This document shows, in pieces, positions 62,074-64,000 of a DNA stretch of 64,000 nt. The DNA comes from Bacteroidales bacterium (GTDB taxonomy: Bacteria; Bacteroidota; Bacteroidia; Bacteroidales; BM520): positions 10,446 through 74,445 of the forward strand of contig JAISNV010000024.1 in assembly GCA_031276035.1 (NCBI GenBank), given 5' to 3'. The notes beneath the pieces were generated by a model. The model was given only the letters and a program-made list of their open reading frames with translations. It was not told the DNA's origin and searched no databases. Position 1 is the stretch's first letter, and each line of letters begins with the position of its first letter. Made by a program: the position numbers and the translations under genes.

Positions 62074-62973
62074 TTAAGCTAGTAATGCAGAGATTGCTAT
62101 AGAATATAATTTAGTTTTTACTGAATCGCCACGAGAAGAAAGAACACATGGACATTTTGCTCCGGCAACAAAGGCGCCTAATTCCGCACCTGCAAGTTTA
62201 GTATTAGTTTTGTAAAAGACGTTTCCCGATTCAATATTCGGGAATACCAGACAATCCGCATCTCCTGCAACTTTACTGGTCAATTTCTTAATCTCAACAC
62301 TTTCCTTATCAACTGCAAGGTCTAAAGAAAGCGGACCGTCTATAGTTGCATTACCAATTTGTCCTCTTTCACCCATTTTGGAAATCACAGAAGCATCAAC
62401 ACAGGCGGGCATCTTAGCAAGAACTTGTTCTGTAGCTGCAATTATAGCCACTTTCGGATTATCAATACCCAAACCGTGGGCTGCATTAATCAAATATTTT
62501 GTGATGGCTACTTTTTGATCAAAATCGGGAGCAGGGATAATAGCAACATCACCGACAACAAGAAGTTTGTGATAATTAGGATTTTCAATAACTGTAACAT
62601 GACTGAGAACACCTTTTGGCGGAACCAACCCGTTTTCTTTGTTCAAAATAGCGCGCATGTATTTATCAGTACTTAACAGGCCTTTCATCAATAAATCGCC
62701 TTCTCCTTTGTTAATCATATCAACGGCTTTTGCTGCTGCAATAGAATCAACCGGTTCATGAACGATAGTAAATTTCGACATATCAATATTATCTCTCTTG
62801 CAAGTTTGCTCTATAAGTTTAGTATCTCCAACTAAAGTTGCATTAATAATCCCGAGATTAACAGCTTCGGAAATTGCATCCAGAGTATGACTATCGCAAG
62901 CGTAAGCACCTATTAATCTTTTAGGTGGGCGTGATTTAAGTACTTCAAATATTTGATCTAATTTTGTTATCAT
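62074..62973 (-). CDS. Phosphate acyl(butyryl)transferase (PTA/PTB family), paralog 1
   Basis: About 300 aa PTA_PTB family (LMKG..STD, DGPLSLDLAVDKESVEIK, GDADCLVFP). Stop 1 nt before the paralog 2 start. Confidence 0.8.
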   Translation of the reverse strand: MITKLDQIFEVLKSRPPKRLIGAYACDSHTLDAISEAVNLGIINATLVGDTKLIEQTCKRDNIDMSKFTIVHEPVDSIAAAKAVDMINKGEGDLLMKGLLSTDKYMRAILNKENGLVPPKGVLSHVTVIENPNYHKLLVVGDVAIIPAPDFDQKVAITKYLINAAHGLGIDNPKVAIIAATEQVLAKMPACVDASVISKMGERGQIGNATIDGPLSLDLAVDKESVEIKKLTSKVAGDADCLVFPNIESGNVFYKTNTKLAGAELGAFVAGAKCPCVLSSRGDSVKTKLYSIAISALLA

Positions 62974-62993
62974 AATTTCAAATTTTTACTATG

Positions 62994-63038
62994 CAAAGAT
63001 AATAAAAAAGGGTAAAAGGTCAAGGGTAAAGGACAAAA
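62994..63038 (-). promoter_or_regulatory. ptb-ptb-buk promoter: -7 box TATCTTTG, 9-nt spacer, four phased heptads of a different sequence
   Basis: Plus strand: CAAAGATA (62994..63001), then GGTAAAA GGTCAAG GGTAAAG GACAAAA (63011..63038). Confidence 0.55.
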
Positions 63039-63188
63039 GCTGATGTAATAATGTATTGATATAATAATGCGGTAATTATTGTATAATATCAATAGAGTGA
63101 AGGCCGATAAACAAATTAAAATTACTTATTTCCTGATTTATTGATTCTAAAATTAAACTTCATACTTTCATATATCATTATCCGAAAT

Positions 63189-63220
63189 AAAAAAACCCGT
63201 AAGGTTTTTACGGGTTTTTT
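63189..63220 (-). terminator. Intrinsic (bidirectional-type) terminator after tonB
   Basis: ACCCGTAA / TTACGGGT 8-bp stem, 5-nt loop, A7 before and T6 after. Confidence 0.8.
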
Positions 63221-63229
63221 ATTTTGTTT

Positions 63230-63916
63230 TTACGAGCCTTGCAGAGTAAATTTCACTTGCATTGAGAATTGTACTCTAACCTTACGGCCTCTTTGTTCAC
63301 CAGGAGACCATTTCGGCATATTCTTAATAACTCTAATTGCTTCCTCGTCGCATCCGCCGCCGATACCACGCACAACTCTTACATTACTTACAGAGCCGTC
63401 CGGTTCAATAACGAACTGAAGCCATACAGTACCTTGTATTCCCGATTCTTTAGCCATTTGCGGGTATTTAACATTGTCACGCAAATATCTCAATCTGGCA
63501 GCATCACCGCCCGGAAATTCCGGTTGTTTCTCCACAATAAGAAAGATTTCCTCTTCATGAACTTCTTCGTCATCTATTTCGATAGGAACATATTCATCTA
63601 ATTCGAAATTTTCATCCATTTCAACATCAACAATAATATCAGTTTCAATTTCAACTTCGTTTTCAACGATATTAAGAAGAGTAGTAGTCGGCACCATCTG
63701 TTTTGGTGGTGGTGGCGGTTTTTCCTGTTTAGTCTGAAGTACAATTTCCTCCAAAACCTCAACATCTGCACGTGCTTCAATTTCAACCTTTTGAATGTCA
63801 TATCTTTTCCATTCAAAAGCTAAAAGACACACTGCCAAAGCGAAAATCAGACCAATTTCAAGAAAAATTATTTGTTTTCCTTCTAAATCCGATTTGCTGG
63901 TTTTTCTTTTATCCAT
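63230..63916 (-). CDS. tonB: Energy transducer TonB
   Basis: N-terminal TM anchor, Pro-rich spacer (KPPPPPK), acidic linker, C-terminal TonB_C (YPQMAKESGIQGTVWLQFVIEPDGSVSNVRVVRG). Confidence 0.85.
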   Translation of the reverse strand: MDKRKTSKSDLEGKQIIFLEIGLIFALAVCLLAFEWKRYDIQKVEIEARADVEVLEEIVLQTKQEKPPPPPKQMVPTTTLLNIVENEVEIETDIIVDVEMDENFELDEYVPIEIDDEEVHEEEIFLIVEKQPEFPGGDAARLRYLRDNVKYPQMAKESGIQGTVWLQFVIEPDGSVSNVRVVRGIGGGCDEEAIRVIKNMPKWSPGEQRGRKVRVQFSMQVKFTLQGS

Positions 63917-63940
63917 AACAATCTCCTTTTTTTTAATAAA

Positions 63941-64000
63941 TTATACCGCAGGCCTTTCTTCGAGGAATTTCTCGTAAGCAGCCGCATCCATTAAATCATT
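63941..64000 (-). CDS. 3' end of a gene truncated by the window edge (ExbD-like by position only)
   Basis: The open minus-strand frame ends ...NDLMDAAAYEKFLEERPAV* at 63941. It sits directly upstream of tonB, where exbD is commonly found. Confidence 0.25.
   Translation of the reverse strand, partial: NDLMDAAAYEKFLEERPAV

Overview
AT-rich chromosomal segment with the hallmarks of Bacteroidota, probably a Bacteroidales-like anaerobe. Supporting signs: a complete MoxR/DUF58/BatA-E aerotolerance operon, three proteins ending in T9SS C-terminal sorting domains, TAnnTTTG '-7' promoter boxes with no Shine-Dalgarno sequences, lpxD-lpxC, TonB, and a buk/ptb fermentation cluster. I call about 54 CDS, nearly all housekeeping: ung, rlmB, gdhA, rlmH, an ABC-F ATPase, rpe, ligA, uvrA, ClC, pgk, rsmG, nrdJ, lpxD/C, obg, adk, hpt, lptC, buk and 2x ptb. 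I saw no rRNA, tRNA, CRISPR array, transposase, integrase or recognisable defence gene. The only accessory-looking stretch is about 42.5-49.6 kb. It starts right after an unusually stand-alone lpxC and holds small lipoproteins, a small beta-barrel, a 1410-aa S8 protease with a T9SS tail, and a very acidic 100-aa protein. The most interesting unexplained structure is non-coding. (1) Phased 7-nt repeat arrays sit directly against the -7 promoter boxes of at least five unrelated genes and form two recognisable module families. (2) Three genes carry an invariant TAnnTTTG-N4-ATG arrangement that implies leaderless mRNAs. (3) An 8-9-nt periodic GATAAA array lies upstream of uvrA. (4) A promoter-plus-terminator pair brackets about 100 nt that could be a small RNA. 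(5) A 39-aa lipoprotein ORF missing from the track is TAATG-coupled to a beta-barrel gene. All functional calls come from recognising motifs by eye; no searches or alignments were run. Several track ORF starts were moved to the internal ATG that follows a promoter box or begins a signal peptide.
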